A stretch of DNA of 64,000 nucleotides from Chiloscyllium plagiosum (lineage: Eukaryota): the NCBI RefSeq assembly GCF_004010195.1, contig NC_057727.1, positions 43,732,740 through 43,796,739 of the forward strand, written 5' to 3'. Each line of letters begins with the position of its first letter. Positions within the stretch are counted from its first letter, which is position 1. Positions 25,910 to 39,818 of this stretch are shown here, in pieces. The translations under genes and the position numbers were made by a program. A model generated the notes under the pieces. The model was given only the letters and a program-made list of their open reading frames with translations, was not told where the DNA came from and ran no database searches.

Positions 25910-26835
25910 GAGAAATTGAGGACTGCAGCTGCTGCTGCTGGAGATCAGAGTTGTGGTGCTGGAAAAGCACAGAAGGTCAGGCTACATCCAAGGAGCAGGA
26001 GAAGCAATGTTTTGGGTAAAAGCCCTTCATCAGGAATGAGGCTTGTGGGGGACTGACAAATGGTAGGGGGGGGGGTGGGGCTGGAGGGGAAAGTAGCTGA
26101 GAATGCATCAGGTAGATAAAGGTGATAGGTTGGAGAGGAGGGTGGAGTGGATAGATGGGAAAGATGATGGACAAGTCAAGAGGGGTGCTGAGTTGGAGGT
26201 TTGGGATTGGGCTAAGGTGAGGCAGGGGAAATAGGAAACTGGTGAAATCACCATTAATCCCGTGTGTTTGCAGGGTCCCAAAGCGGAAGATGAGCCGTCC
26301 TTCCTCCAGGTGTTGAGTGGTTAGGGTTTGACAATGGAAGAGGCCCAGGACCTGCATGTCGTTGAACTGTTCCGCCATAGGGCGGTGTGGTTAGTTGGTG
26401 CACGTGTCCCAAAGATATTCTCTGAAACAATCCACAAGTTGGCGTTCTGCCTCCCTGATGTAGAGGAGACCACATTGGGTGCAACGGATATAGTAGATGA
26501 CATTTGTGGAGGTACAGGTAAATTTCTGTTTTACGTAGAAGGATTCTTTTGAGGCCTTGGACAGAGATGAGTGGGGAGGTGTGGGTGCAGGTTTTGCACT
26601 TCTTGTGGTGGCAGGGGATGGTGCCAGGAGAGGGGGCTGGCTGGGGCAGCGGTGGATCTGACGAGGAATGGTCTCTCTGAAACTCTGATAGGGGTGGGGA
26701 GGGAAATATATCCCTAGTGGTGGAAGTGGCAGAGGATGATGCAATGTATATAGAGGCTGGTGGGTGGAAGATGAGAGCTATGGACTTCTGCCCTTGTTGT
26801 GTTGAGGGTTGGAGTTAAAGGGCGGATGTGGATGA
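25910..26835 (-). mobile_element. Penelope-like element 3' part (GIY-YIG remnant plus tail)
   Basis: KFTCTSTNVIYYIRCTQCGLLYIREAERQLVDCFREYL and MQVLGLFHCQ...LEEGRLIFRFGTLQTHGINGDF; homologous to 285-1190. Confidence 0.85.
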
Positions 26836-28264
26836 GATGTGTTGGAATTTAATCCTGGTAAGTATGAGGTGACAAAGTTTGGGAGGCCTAATGAAGGAAG
26901 GATATACTCAATGAATGGTAGGTCCAGAGATAGTACTGACAAACAAAGGGATCTTGGTGTACATATCCATAGATCCCTGAATGTGTCAACACACAATGGT
27001 GCAGAAGACATAATGGACGCTTACTTTCATTAGCCAGGGTGAGAACATAAGAAGGAAGTCTTGTTTCAACATTATAAAACATTGATCAGGCCATAGATGG
27101 AATACTTCGTGCAGTTTTGGTTGCAAGAGTGTAGAGGAGATTCAACAGGATGTTGCCTGGGATGAAAAGTCTGAGTAATGAGAAGCTGGGTGGGCTCTGT
27201 TTGCTTTTCCTTGGATCAGAGGAGATTGAGATGGGATTCAATTGAAGTACACAAAGTTTACAGGCAAATAAAGGGTAGATTGTGAGAATTGTTGCCCGGT
27301 GGCAGATGTGACTAAGCTCTGAGTTCACAAGTTTAAGGTGAGAAGTAGTGGTTTAGGGAAAATCTGAGGAAAAAATGTTTTCACCCAGAAGGTGGTGGAA
27401 GTATGGAATATGCTGCCTGAGAGGGTGGTGGAGCCAGGTACACTCAACATTTAAGAAGCATCTGGAGGAACACTTAAGATGCCAAGGTATAGTAGACAAT
27501 GGATCAAGTGCAAGTAAATGAGATTAGTATAGTTTGGTTTAGATGTGGTGGGCCAAAGGACCTGTTTCTATGCTACATGAGTCTGACTCTATAACATTTG
27601 CCAAAACTCAATTAACAGAGTAGCCAAGATATTGTTGACTCATGGTCAGGCTGGACCTGAGCGCTTGCATTGCTCAGTGCAATATCAATAGTCTGGTGAG
27701 AGATATGATTTTATTGTGTACTTTTAGTATTTGGATATCAAATGCTAATGGTAGTTTTTGAAGAGTTTAAAAAAGGTCTGGGTCAGATTGACCTTTAAGA
27801 ACTGACCTAATCTTGTACCTGACCAAATGGGTGACAGCAACACCCTGGAGTGTTGAAGGACTAAGGTGTTTATTGATTACAATAGGTAGGATGAACATTT
27901 GAAGGTTGTTAGCTTGTTTACATTTCAAAATAATTAAGGATTTTCTTTAGTTTAGAAAATCTATAGATAGGAGCAGTTCAGAAGAGACCTGATTTGGATT
28001 TGGGAGAATGCATATTTGTCTCAGAAGACTTGGTTAATTTCTGTACTGCGTCTTTTGGTACACGCTGCTACTACGGAGCATTGTTGGTGGAGGAAGTGAA
28101 CATTTGTAGATGATTTTTTTTAATTTCAAAAATATACTTTGGCACCAAATTATTTTATGAATAATCAAATGAGCTGCTTTGTCCTGGGTGCTGTTGCACT
28201 GCACTCATCCAAGCAAGTGAGGCATATTCTATCACACTTCTGACATGTGCCTAGTAGATGATGG

Positions 28265-28362
28265 CTGAAAAATGTGTTGCTGGAAAAGCGCAGCAGGTCA
28301 GGCAGCATCCAAGGAGCAGGAGAATCGACTTTTCAGGCATAAGCCCTTCTTCAGGAATGCCT
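28265..28362 (-). mobile_element. Single-arm family C PLE-tail insertion
   Basis: Near-identical to the left arm of 57868-57959; flanked by direct repeat gatgatgg (28257-28264, 28363-28370). Confidence 0.75.
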
Positions 28363-31300
28363 GATGATGGACAACCTTTTGGGGAGTCAGGAGGTCAGTT
28401 ACTCACTTCCTAGCTTTTATCCTGTTCATATAGTCAGCGTTTATATGCTTTCACCAGTTCAGACTTTGATTAATGGTAATCTTCAGAATATTGATGGTTG
28501 GGATTAGGCAATGGGATATCCAGGGCAATGGTTGGATGCTATCTTGTTGGAGATGGTCATTGCCTGGCATTTATGCTGTCACTATTACATGTCAGAATAA
28601 GCTTGGATATTCTCCAGGTCTTGCTGCTTTTGGACATAGACTACTTAAGTATGAGGAGGCATAAATGATGCTGAACATTGTATAACCATCAGTGAACATT
28701 CATACTTCTGACCTTTTGTAATGTAGGGTAGGCCATTGATGAAACGGCTGAAGGTGGTTGAACCTAGGGCACTACCATGAGGAACTGGATGGCTAAGAGC
28801 CTACCCCTGAACCTGAAGACCTAGGCTCAAGTCCCTCCTACCCCAGAGATGTGTTGTAGCATCTTTTATAAGAGTTGTTTTTAAAAATAACTACTCTGAG
28901 AAGTTCTTGCAGAGATGCTCTGGAGCTAAAATGACTGATTTTCCAACAACCGCAACCATCCTAATTTGCAGCAGACCTAACTCCAACCAACAGGGAGATT
29001 TCCCCTGACTCCCATTGACTCCAGTTTTGCTAGGGCTGTTTGGTGCCACATTCAATTAAATGTGGTCTTGATGTCAAAGGCTGTCACTCTTGCCTTCCCT
29101 CTGGAATCTCTCTCTTTTTTCCATGTTTGTAATGAGGTCAAAAGTTGAGTGGTCCTCGTGGTACTCTGAGTGTCTGTGAGCAAGGTATTGCTAAGCAAAT
29201 GTTTATTGAAAGCACTGTTGATACCTTCCATCACTTTATTAATAATTAAGAGTAAACTAATGGGGCAGTAAGTGGCTGGGTTTGATGTTATCCTACTTTG
29301 TATACAGGTCCTACCTTGTTGGGTAGATAGCTAATTGTACTTGTAATTGTACTTGGAATAAGCTGGTGTGGGTACAGCATGTTCTGGAGCACATGTCTGC
29401 AATACCAGTACTGAAGATTATGGCAACTTTGTCATCCTTCCCTTTGCATGATATGCTGGGCTCCTCTGTCCTTTAGCATTGGGATATTTGTGTAGTTTCC
29501 ATGTCCTGTAGGTTTAGGGAAGGAATTCCAGGATTTTGACCCAGTGACAGTGAAGGAACAGCACTATGTTTCCAAATCAGGATGGTAAGTGGCTTGGAGA
29601 GGAATATTTGGTGGTGTTCCCATGTATCTGCTACCCTTGCGCTTCTGTATGGGAATGGTTGTGGGATTGGAAGGTGCTGTCTCAGGATCTTTGGCAAATT
29701 TCTGCAGGCCGTCATGTAGACAGTACTTGCTGCTGCTATCGATGGTGAAGGAAGTGGATATGAAGGCTTCTGTCAGTATTGTTCATGCCCACAAGCTGCT
29801 TAGTTACCCAAGAGTCAATAAAATGGATGTTGCCTTTGGTATTCTTGACTGGTTTTAGCATTGTGACCAATCTGCAACCTGTCACTGGCTGAATCACACT
29901 TTATACATGCCTTCAGTGCTGATCCATCTACATATAACCTCCTGCTCTGCTTGAATTAAAACAGCAGTGTAATACAACATACAATAAGGTTCGAGAATCA
30001 AGTTACTGAAAATGAAGCAATCCCTCCTACAATCCTTGGTTTTAAAGCAATCCTTTACCATTTCGATCAAAAATACTTAGGCATAAAGGTATGGTCTTCT
30101 CAGTGTGGCTATCTGTTGTATTCTCCACTGGATTTAACTCCAGTAACAACTTCAGAATTGACTATTGGGTGCTGAGCATTAGTATCCAAGATGAGTTGCT
30201 GTCCTGATATCAGCCTCTGATAATTAATCTTTCTGCTTAAGGAAGATTATGAAACTTCACTCTGTGAATGCTTCTTATAGCTTGATATTGGTCTATTCCA
30301 TGAATTACCAGAAATTGTCAAGGGTCAGTGGACATCCCTCACACCCTTTATGCTGTTTCCTTCAATAATTTGAACTTCCTGTGTAGTTGATCTGGTCTTT
30401 AAAATTTTATCTGCTTTACTATGCAAATAACCTGTCTTTTCTAAGAAATGTCTGTAAGCTAGCCAAAAATGGATCATTAACATGTTATCTAATAGTGTTA
30501 TAATCCTGGAAAATTGAAGCTGACATTTCTAAATTAATATTATGAATAATAAAGACAATGGCAAGACTGCAACAGATCAGACACACAGGCATTCATTGTT
30601 TCCAGTGAATTAGTTTGCCAGAGATAGATAATGAATTCAGTGCTGTGGAATGGCAGGTGCTGGTGTTTAGATAACTATCAATAGATAATTTTCCACCAAT
30701 GGGAGGAGTGGAATGGGCATTTCAAAGGATTAGTTTGTGTTTCTTGTCCCTACAATAACTACTTGGTTATATGGTGTTTGAAAAAACTGTTTGCCAGGAT
30801 ATCACCAGAAATTGAAAATAACTCAGTAAAATTTAACATTTTAAAAATTAGATTGTACTCATTACTGGAGGGAAGAAAAGCCAACTTACTGGAAGTACTA
30901 AATCACTTGTTTAAGAAAATGTGCTGTATTTGAATGCCATATACTGACAACAATGGCCTGAGGGGACATGGTGATAATTAGTGCACTAGGCTTTTCTTGG
31001 TATTTGTTCCCAGAGCTCTGTTCCATGTTGTGTGAATGATTGTGTTATCTGAGTTTGCAGATAACAATGATATGCCCACATTTCCTTGATCTTTGACCCA
31101 TCGTTAAATCTTCTACCAGCGAAACTCAACTCAATTTGAAACTCAAACGTGGACACCTCCATCCATAATTGTTCAAAGGAGATGTGGGGAAGTAAAACAT
31201 TCTGTTTCCATTTTGGGAAGTAAATATTATTGTAATTTTGAGTTCTTACAAACTTTCTCATCTGAAATCTGCTCTGTATTTGCTGTTGGTTTTTAGTCAA

Positions 31301-32769
31301 AGTAAAATCCTTCCCTGATTATAAATTCTTCAATATGCCTTTTTGTTTTGGAAAGAAGTTCTGAATTTTGAGGAAATTTGAGTGTACATTGAAGTTTGGG
31401 AAATGGACAGATTAGGTGCAATTTTGAGTCTAGCTCACGGGTTGCATCGATAAATTTGGCTTATTTAATCTTTTAAAAAATATTATACATAGAATATCAT
31501 TGTCAATGGCTAGGCTAGCATTTATTGTCTATCCTTATTGTTTTTTAGGTGGTAGTGGGCTACTTTCTCAAACTCATCAGTCCTTGGGGTTCAGAGACAA
31601 TCACAGTACTGTTAGGAAGGGAGTTCCAGATATTAATTCACTGACAGTGGATAAACAGCAATTTGTTTCCAAATCAGGATGGTGGTTTGGAGGGAATTTG
31701 TAGGGTGGTTTTGTTCCCATGCATCTACTACCCTTGCTCTTCCAGTTTGGAGGTTGTGGGTCTGGAGGATGCTGTCTAAGAAACCTTGGTGAGTTGACAA
31801 TCATCCCTAACTTTTTATTTGCGTGCACTTCCTTGGTAATGTGAAAACACAGCTGATTCTAATTTGTGATGGTTGCAATAAGCACTGAATCTTCATTTTA
31901 TTTTGTAAAATAAAATGGTTTTCTCTCTTAGTGGTGGTTCCCCTTTCTACACCCCACCCTCATTTTCAATTAATGTGCTGCTGTAGTACTTTTCCAAAAT
32001 AGCCTGCAATGATAGAGTTTTGTATAGCTTCAGTTTTTTTTATTTGCTTGAGAGGTGAGTTGAGAATAGTCAGTGGTATGCATGCAAGTTTAAACTGGAG
32101 CCCATTGACAAACCTTTGTATTTAATCTTAGCTGGGTAAGGTTGTAAACATCCAAGACTTATTGGTCAAGCAGTTTGTCAGCATGGGCAATGAAGAGGTG
32201 AGGGATAAGGTATAGTTGAATACCATCAGCGTCTATATAAGAACTATTGCTCAACTCTTCTTTCCATTCATCTGTGTACCAGACTGAGTAAATTAACCCA
32301 GATGGCTGAAAGCATAACCTTCAAATGCAAAACTTTTAATTCTCAATGTGCTGAATATTCACTGTCTAGTGACTAATTATTCAATTATTGGGTGGATCAC
32401 TCTTCTGGCGCTCGAACATGTGATTTAGTGAATAAAATTGTAGTTGAAACTCATCCAAGGAGAGGACATGCTAATGCATTCCTTATTACTTTCCTCCAGA
32501 TTACATTTTTAAACTGGAAATAGTTTGTTCTTGCTCCTTGCTTTCACCAAAACAAAATTCTTTGGTAGTGACCAAAGGTGAAATGGTGGAATGAGGAGGA
32601 GATTGAGAGAAGCTTTGTTGTGTATCTACTAGCGTTTATAAGAATGAGAGCTGGACTTTATGAAAATCCTTTAGGGCATTTTGTGGTAGATGCTGAAAGG
32701 ATGTTTCCACTCATAGGAGAGACCAGAATTGGGGGATACTGTTGTTAAAAGTAAGGTGTCTCTCTAAGA

Positions 32770-33765
32770 CAGTGGTGGCAGAAGGTTGCCTTCTGACTTG
32801 GAGGCCTGTGACCAGCGGTGTGCCACAAAGATGCTGGGCCTACTTCTTTTTGTCATTTATTTAAATGATTCAGATGTGAATATAGGAGGTATACTTAGTA
32901 AGTTTGCAGATGACACCAAAATTGGAGGTGTAGTGGACAACGAAGAACGTTATCTCGGAATACAATGGGATCATGATCATTTGGGCCAACGGGTGGAGGA
33001 GTGGCAGATGTAGTTTAATTTAGATAAATGTGAGGTGCTGCATTTTGGAAAAGCAAATCGGGGCAGGACTTAATAGTAAGGTCCTGGGGAGTGTTGCTGA
33101 ATAAAGAGACCTTAATGAAAGGTTCGTTGTTACTTGGTAGTGGAGGCACAGGTAGATGGGATAGTGAAGGCATTTGGTATGCTTTCCTTTTATTGGTCAG
33201 AGCATTGAGTATAGGAGTTGGGAGGTCATTTTGTAGCCGTACGGGACTTTGTTTAGGCTACTTTTGGAATATTGCGTGCAATTCTGGTCTCTCTCTCTCC
33301 TGTCAGAAGGATGTTGTGAAACTTGTAAATCTTTTCTGAACACTTTCATGGATGTTGCCAGAGTTGGAGCATTTGAGCGAGAGGGAGTGGTTGACTAGGC
33401 TGGGGCTGTTTTCCCTGGAGTGTCCTTTGTAGAGGTTTATAAAATTGGGGGGGCAGGGATAGGTAAACAGACAAGGTCTTTTCCCTGGATTGGGGGAGTC
33501 CAGAACTGAAGGGTTAGGGTGAGAGGGGAAAAATTTAAAAGGGACAACTTTTTCAGAGTGTGATGTGTGTATGGAATGAGCTGCCAGAGGAAGTGGTGGA
33601 GGCTGGTACAATTCCAACACTTAAAAGGCAAATGGATGGGTACGTGAATAGGAAGGGTTTAAATGGTTATGGGCCAAGTGTTGGTAAATGGGACTAGGTT
33701 AGGTTAGGATATTTGGTTAGCATGGACTGAACGGTCTGTTTCTGTGCTGTACATCTCTATGACTT
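32770..33765 (+). mobile_element. CR1 LINE ORF2 3' part and 3'UTR
   Basis: LGLLLFVIYLNDSDVNIGGILSKFADDTKIGGVVD; FNLDKCEVLHFG. Confidence 0.85.
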
Positions 33766-34722
33766 TGTTGGGTTTGTTTTGCTGGTGTCATAAAGTCAGT
33801 GACTCCAGACCCCATGATGTCTCATGGAATCAGGTCAAATGTGGACAAGGAAATTTGTGTTCTGTTTAGCAGATTTAAATCCATTTTCCTTCATGTTGAA
33901 CACCATTTGCAGGAAGTACTGAGGGTGATAAGGGTGCAGAATGTATTGGGGCAGGGAACTTCAATGTCCACTACCAAGAGTGGCTCAACAGCAACAGCAC
34001 TACTCATCCAGCTGGTCAAGTTGTAAAGGACTTAACCATGAAACTGTTTGTGTGGTCAGTGGTGAAGGAATGTACAAGTGGAAAAAACATATTTGAGCTC
34101 TTACCAATCTGGAGGGTACTGTTCATTGCGTTGTGACAGTATCACTCTGCTCAAGGATAGGTTTTAAACAGATCTAGCAACTCTGAGCTGGTCATCCAAG
34201 AGATGCTGTAGGCCATCAGCAGAATCATGCCCCAGTAAAATCACATGACATAGCATATATCCTACTGTACAATTACCATCAAGACAGGGATTCAACACCA
34301 GCTCAATTAAAAAGTACAAGGAGCAACAGCAGTCATGTCTAAAAATGAGGTATCAACATGGTGAAGTTACAAGACCAGACAAATAGCAGGCAATTGAGTC
34401 AAGTAGCATATGCAGCAAGTGATGGAGAGGGTTAAGTGATTCCACCTTCAACAGATCAAATTCAAGCTTTGCAGTCCTGCTGCATCCAGTTGTGAATGCT
34501 GGTGGACAATTTAGCAACTCGCTGGAGGAAGCTCTACAAATATCATCTTTTATCAATGATGAGTGAGTCATTAGCACAAAAGACAAGGCTGAAGCATTTT
34601 GTAACAGTCTTCAGCTGCAATGAATTCTCTAGCAAGAAAATGGGACCATTGTCCCATGACCTTCAGTGGAACTGCCATCGCTGAATCACCTACTATTTGA
34701 ATCCTGGTGGTTACCATTGACC

Positions 34723-35195
34723 AGATACAAATACTGAGGCAGCAAGAGGAGGTCAGAGGCTAAGAATTCTGAAGTCTGTAACATAGAACTGAGAGGTGCA
34801 AAGTAGGGTTGACTCATAACCCATTTTATTGGTGTCATACTTTGAGGAGGAATGTAAACTCCTTTTGAGAGGAATGATTCTCCCAAAGATTTTAGTAATT
34901 GTGGTCATCCAGTTATGAGATGATTGAAGTCAGGACTTGAGCCTTTGTTTTTAAAAAGAAAGAGACGGTTCAATCAAATATTTTAAATTGTTAAGGGTCT
35001 GGAAGATACAAATACTGAGGCAGTAAGAGGAGGTCAGAGGCTAAGAATTCTGAAGTCTGTAACATAGAACTGAGAGGTGCAAAGTAGTAATTGTGGTCAT
35101 CCAGTTATGAGATGATTGAAGTCAGGACTTGAGCCTTTGTTTTTAAAAAGAAAGAGACGGTTCAATCAAATATTTTAAATTGTTAAGGGTCTGGA
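34723..35195. repeat. Local tandem duplication (281-bp copy then 192-bp copy)
   Basis: 34723-35003 is repeated at 35004-35195 without an 89-bp segment (34807-34895). Confidence 0.9.
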
Positions 35196-35509
35196 CAGAG
35201 TACTGTAGATGACTAGAAATGGTTTTCACTCAAAAGGATTGTGACCAAAATAGCGCACATTTTCTAATTTTTGGAAAGTGAAAATTCTCGTCAGAGTGCT
35301 CTTCAGAGTTGTTAGTCTGTAATGCACTTTTTTAAAAAACTTACTGGTTAAGTTTCCAGGACAAATGTGTATAGGAACATGCGAACCAAGAACAGAAGTA
35401 ACCCATTTATTCAACCTCTCGAGCTTGCTCCATCATTCAACAAGGTCATGGCTGATCAATTTATATTTCAACTCCAAAACCCTTTTTGGTTCCCTAAGTT
35501 AGCAAGAAT

Positions 35510-35860
35510 TAGGTGAGGTGTGGTGACTCAGTAGTTAGCACTGCTGTCTCACACCACCAGGGACTTGGGTTCGGTTTCACATGCGGGCGACTATGCAGAC
35601 TTCACGCAGATATTCTCCCTGTGGTTATATGGGTTTTCGCCTGGTGCTCTAATTTCCTGCCACAGTCCCACATGTGCAGGTTAGGTGAGTTTCCCATAGT
35701 GTCCAGAGATGTGTAAGCTAAGTAGATTAGCCACAGGAAATGCAGAGTTACAGGGGTTGGGCGGGGTTAAGGGGGCTCTGGGTGGGATACTCTTCAGAGG
35801 GCCAGTGTGGACTTGATGGGCCGAATGGTCTGCTTCTGCACCATAGGGTTTCTATGATTT
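35510..35860 (+). mobile_element. HE1-like SINE
   Basis: ggtgactcagtagttagcactgctgtctcac head; shared body and tail. Confidence 0.8.
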
Positions 35861-38370
35861 CTGATTCTACAAATCAGTGTAACAACATGGTTTACACTGC
35901 ACATGATTCTAGTCTTATCCATTTCATATTGTCCACTTTCCTGTTATCTTACTTTGCCTTATTTTTAAGCTTCTTTTAAAGTACTGAGCTAACGTGATAA
36001 AGTTGTGATGCATTGTGGATATTGAAAACATGTATTGTGGCGAGAGGCAGCAATCAGCAGAGCCTTCAGACTTGCTGATTATGGAAAAGCCATTCAATCT
36101 TTAACCTTTGGCTCTTATGAGTTGTGATACATTGGGTCATCTTAAAGTGGAAACCAACCCTTTGGTCCATGCTGACTAGATATCCTAACCTAGTCTAGTT
36201 CTGTTTGTCAGCACTTGGCCCATACCCCTTTTAAATGCTTCATATTCATCTACCCATCCAGATACAATTACAACATTTTTAAACAAAAAATATATCAGCT
36301 TCCTCTGGCAGCTCAATCCATACACTCCCCACTCTGCATGAAAAAGTTGCCCCTTTAGATCTTTTTCCCTCAACCTGTGCCATCTTGTTCTGGACTCCCC
36401 GACCCACACCAAACCTTTTGAGGGTGAATAGCCAAGGTCTTTCTCCTATCTATGCCCCTCATGATTTTATAAACCGCTATAAGGTCAGTCTCTGACACTC
36501 CAGGGAAAATAGCCCCAGCCTCTTCCATCACTCTCTCTAGCTCACTCCAAGGCCACTTCCTAATAATGAAGGCTTGTGTGATGGAGTCATTCCGATTTGT
36601 TCAAGTCACTTAATCTTTCTATCATGTGAGAATATTGTGAAATGCAAGATTGGATAAGATTGTATGAAGTTAAAACTCACACAATACTGGGTTATGGTCC
36701 ACAGGTTTATTTAGACATACTTCCGAGTAAACCTGGTGTGTTTTTTTTTAAACTTTGTCTACCCCAATCCAACACCAGCACCTCAAGGTTGTATGAAATA
36801 GTTTTATTCAGTAATATCATGTAATCAGTCAAAAGTTATCTGGATGTTGTGTAGTTTATCTGAATTGTAAAAGTATTGGTGTCAAATGTTCCCCAAAATA
36901 TGAATAGACTGTTTCCTTGTGTATGGTGTGATGTACCAAACATTTTAATGAGGTAATCAAAATGTTGTCTGCATGGTGTTATAAAGTTATAGGATATTTT
37001 CCTGTCACATTAACATTATTGTACAATATTGTTTTGAAGTATAATCTAATCCTTTTGGGTGTTTAATGGTTATGGTTGGGCCACTTAAAAACAAATACGG
37101 CATCACTTTTTATTTTTGTTGCTGCTCTTCATTTGGTGACCTCTGCTGCATATGTCAATGATATCTTTAACCAGAGTCAACAACTGGCTTTATCACCTTT
37201 ACTATGACCTTTATGTAATTGTATAAATTTGTTCATTTTGAATGGGGGGATAAATGTGAATGATGAAGAGGGCAGAGAATAAGTGGTTTGGACATGGGTG
37301 AAGTCTGTCATTTCTCTCCTTGCTCTGACTGTGGGGACTGGCCAGGAAAATCTCTTGACCTTGATACAGAATGGTCAAAGAGATTGAAAGAACCAGATTC
37401 CCTACTTCTACTCATAATCTGTTCCTATGTAATTTTTACTTTTGGACTGCAGGAAACCAATTAAATAATAGACTCGTCCAAACCAGTTCATCACTTGATA
37501 TTTAAAATTTTAATAAAAAGTTGTTAAAGTTAATTTAAACTTGACATTTTGACAAGAACCTGAGAGAATTCAGATTGACAGCTTTGTTTTAATTCAATGA
37601 AAGCAAAAAGGAGTAGCAGATAACAAAATCCTGAGATCAAATTACAGAATAGACTGATTGATTAATTCTAATGAGTACCAAAACGGTGGAGTGACTTTTC
37701 TGGAGGAACAGATATTGAGGATCAGCTGGGGCACAAGCCATTATAGATCTAGCATCATGCAATTAGAGAGTGCTAATTTAATCTCCTTGTAAAGAAACAT
37801 TTTTGGAAGTATTGAAAATAGTATGATTTTTCTTTTGAGCACAAGAAAAATTTTAGTTCAATTGCAAATGAGGATCTTCAACCTAAGCTAAAGCAATCAT
37901 GAAAGTATGAGGAAGAGGCTAGTGGTGGATTGAAAAAATGTGTTAAAAGATTAGATGGTAGCTAGGTGATGACCCGTGTTTAAAGTAATGTTTGGTTTTC
38001 AAAAGAATATATTTGCTATGAGGCTAAAATATCCAGATGATGGTGAATTATTGCAATTCTACTTCCTGAGGGCTGTGGAAGTTTTTATTCATTTAAGGTC
38101 AAGATAGAGATTAACTAGAAAAGCTGTCACTATAACATCCAGGCTTATGGAAATAATGTGGGAATCTACCACTGAGCTCGATGATCAGCCATGCTCTAGA
38201 ATGGTGGAGCAGGCTCAATGGCCTGAATGGCATATTTGTGTTCCTATGTTCCTAATAAGGAATATTTTATTCTTTTCTTGGTGAACATTCCTGCCTTTTT
38301 TCCCAAGGCAGTCTAAGATCCAACTTTGACTTTCTTATTTTACTTATGTAATTTTATTTTTTGTTGGCAG

Positions 38371-38588
38371 GTTTCTGAGCCCCTTGGAGATCATCCTTGG
38401 AGGAGCAGTGGTAGTACTGATATTCATGGGTTCCATGTGGGCTTCGGAAAATAAAGCGGCTATTGGTCATTTCAAGCGTCGGTACCCAACAACGTTTGTC
38501 TTGAGCATCTTGCTGATGAGTTACTTTTTCATTTCCATTGTCGGGGGAGTGATGGTTTTCTTGTTTGGAATCACTTTGCCATTGCTTT
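38371..38588 (+). CDS. ARL6IP5: ARL6IP5 coding exon 2
   Basis: [72 protein letters not shown]; ttggcag acceptor, gtaagt donor; 218 nt. Confidence 0.97.
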
Positions 38589-38729
38589 GTAAGTAATGTC
38601 TCTGTCAATTTAAGTGATTTAAACCCAGGCAAATGACATTTATGTGCAAAAAAAAAAGATTCCTGATCAGTTTGAGAAGCTGTGAAGCAGAATACCTTTG
38701 TTTCTTCTTTTATTGAGTTGGCTGATCTT

Positions 38730-39065
38730 AGAATTCCTACGATGTGGAAACAGGCCATTTTGGCCCAACAAGTCCACACTGCCCCTCCGAGGAGTATCCC
38801 ACCCAGACCCATTCCCCTATCCCTACTACTCTACATTTTCTCCTGACTAATGCACCTAGCCTACCCCATCCCTGAACACTGTGGGCAATCTGGCAGGCCA
38901 ATCCACCACATCTTTGGACTGTGGGAGGAAACTGGAGGACGTGGAGGAAACCCACACAGACCCTGGGAGAATGTGTGTGGAGCTTGCACAGTCATCTGAT
39001 GCTGGAATCGAACCCTTGACTCTGGCGCTGAGACAGCAATGCTAACCACTAAGCCACCATGCTAC
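38730..39065 (-). mobile_element. HE1-like SINE
   Basis: Reverse complement of the SINE at 15630-15970. Confidence 0.85.
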
Positions 39066-39129
39066 TATCATGTGCTCCAGTGGGAGTGTTGAAACTAATG
39101 TTAACCAGGCTTAGAGCTTCTGACTGTTG

Positions 39130-39465
39130 TCATGGGGCAGCATGGTGGTTCAGTTGTTAGCACTGCTGCCTCACAGGGAAAGGAGCCTCAAGTGACTTTT
39201 GTTGGTGTGGAGTTTGCGCGTTCTCCTGTCTACGTAGATTTCCAACAGGTTCTGTGGCTTCCTCCCAAAGTCCAAAGATATGCAAGTTGGGTAGATTGAC
39301 CATGCTGAATTACCCATAGTGTCCAGGGATGTGCAGGTTAGGTGGATTAGACATGGGAAATGCAGGGTTACAGTGTTAGGGTAGTGTGGTGGGGCAGGGA
39401 GGGATGCTTTGAGTGTCAGATTGTGCTTGATGGGCTGAATGATCTGTTTCCACACTGTAGGGATT
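39130..39465 (+). mobile_element. HE1-like SINE
   Basis: ggggcagcatggtggttcagttgttagcactgctgcctcac head; tail cacactgtagggattt. Confidence 0.85.
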
Positions 39466-39639
39466 TTATTATTCCATTAATCAATGTGGGAAGTGCATTA
39501 TAAATCTGATTTTTTTTTCACCATCTAGAACTAACTTCGTGAATGTTTTGAATGCGTTTAATATACAATGCTTTTTTATTTAAGCCAGAAACTAACTTAA
39601 TGTGCATTCAATTTAACATTTTTTTAAATGTTATTTCAG

Positions 39640-39818
39640 TGATGTTTGTACATGCTTCTCTGAGGCTTCGTAACTTAAAGAACAAGATCGAAAACAAGAT
39701 GGAAGAGGTTGGACTGAAGAAGAGCCCCATGGGTATTTTTCTGAATGCACTTGGTCAGGAACAGGAACATCTCTCTAAATTTGCAGATATGTTGGCAGCT
39801 CAAAGCAAAGACAAATAA
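39640..39818 (+). CDS. ARL6IP5: ARL6IP5 coding exon 3 (stop)
   Basis: (L)[58 protein letters not shown]; tttcag acceptor; total CDS 573 nt. Confidence 0.97.

Larger units (their letters stand above)
25200..27590 (+). mobile_element. CR1 LINE ORF2 3' half hosting two nested insertions
   Basis: DFRKVFDKIAH, SKFADD (25793-25810), FNPGKYEVTKFG, 3'UTR to ~27590. Confidence 0.75.
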
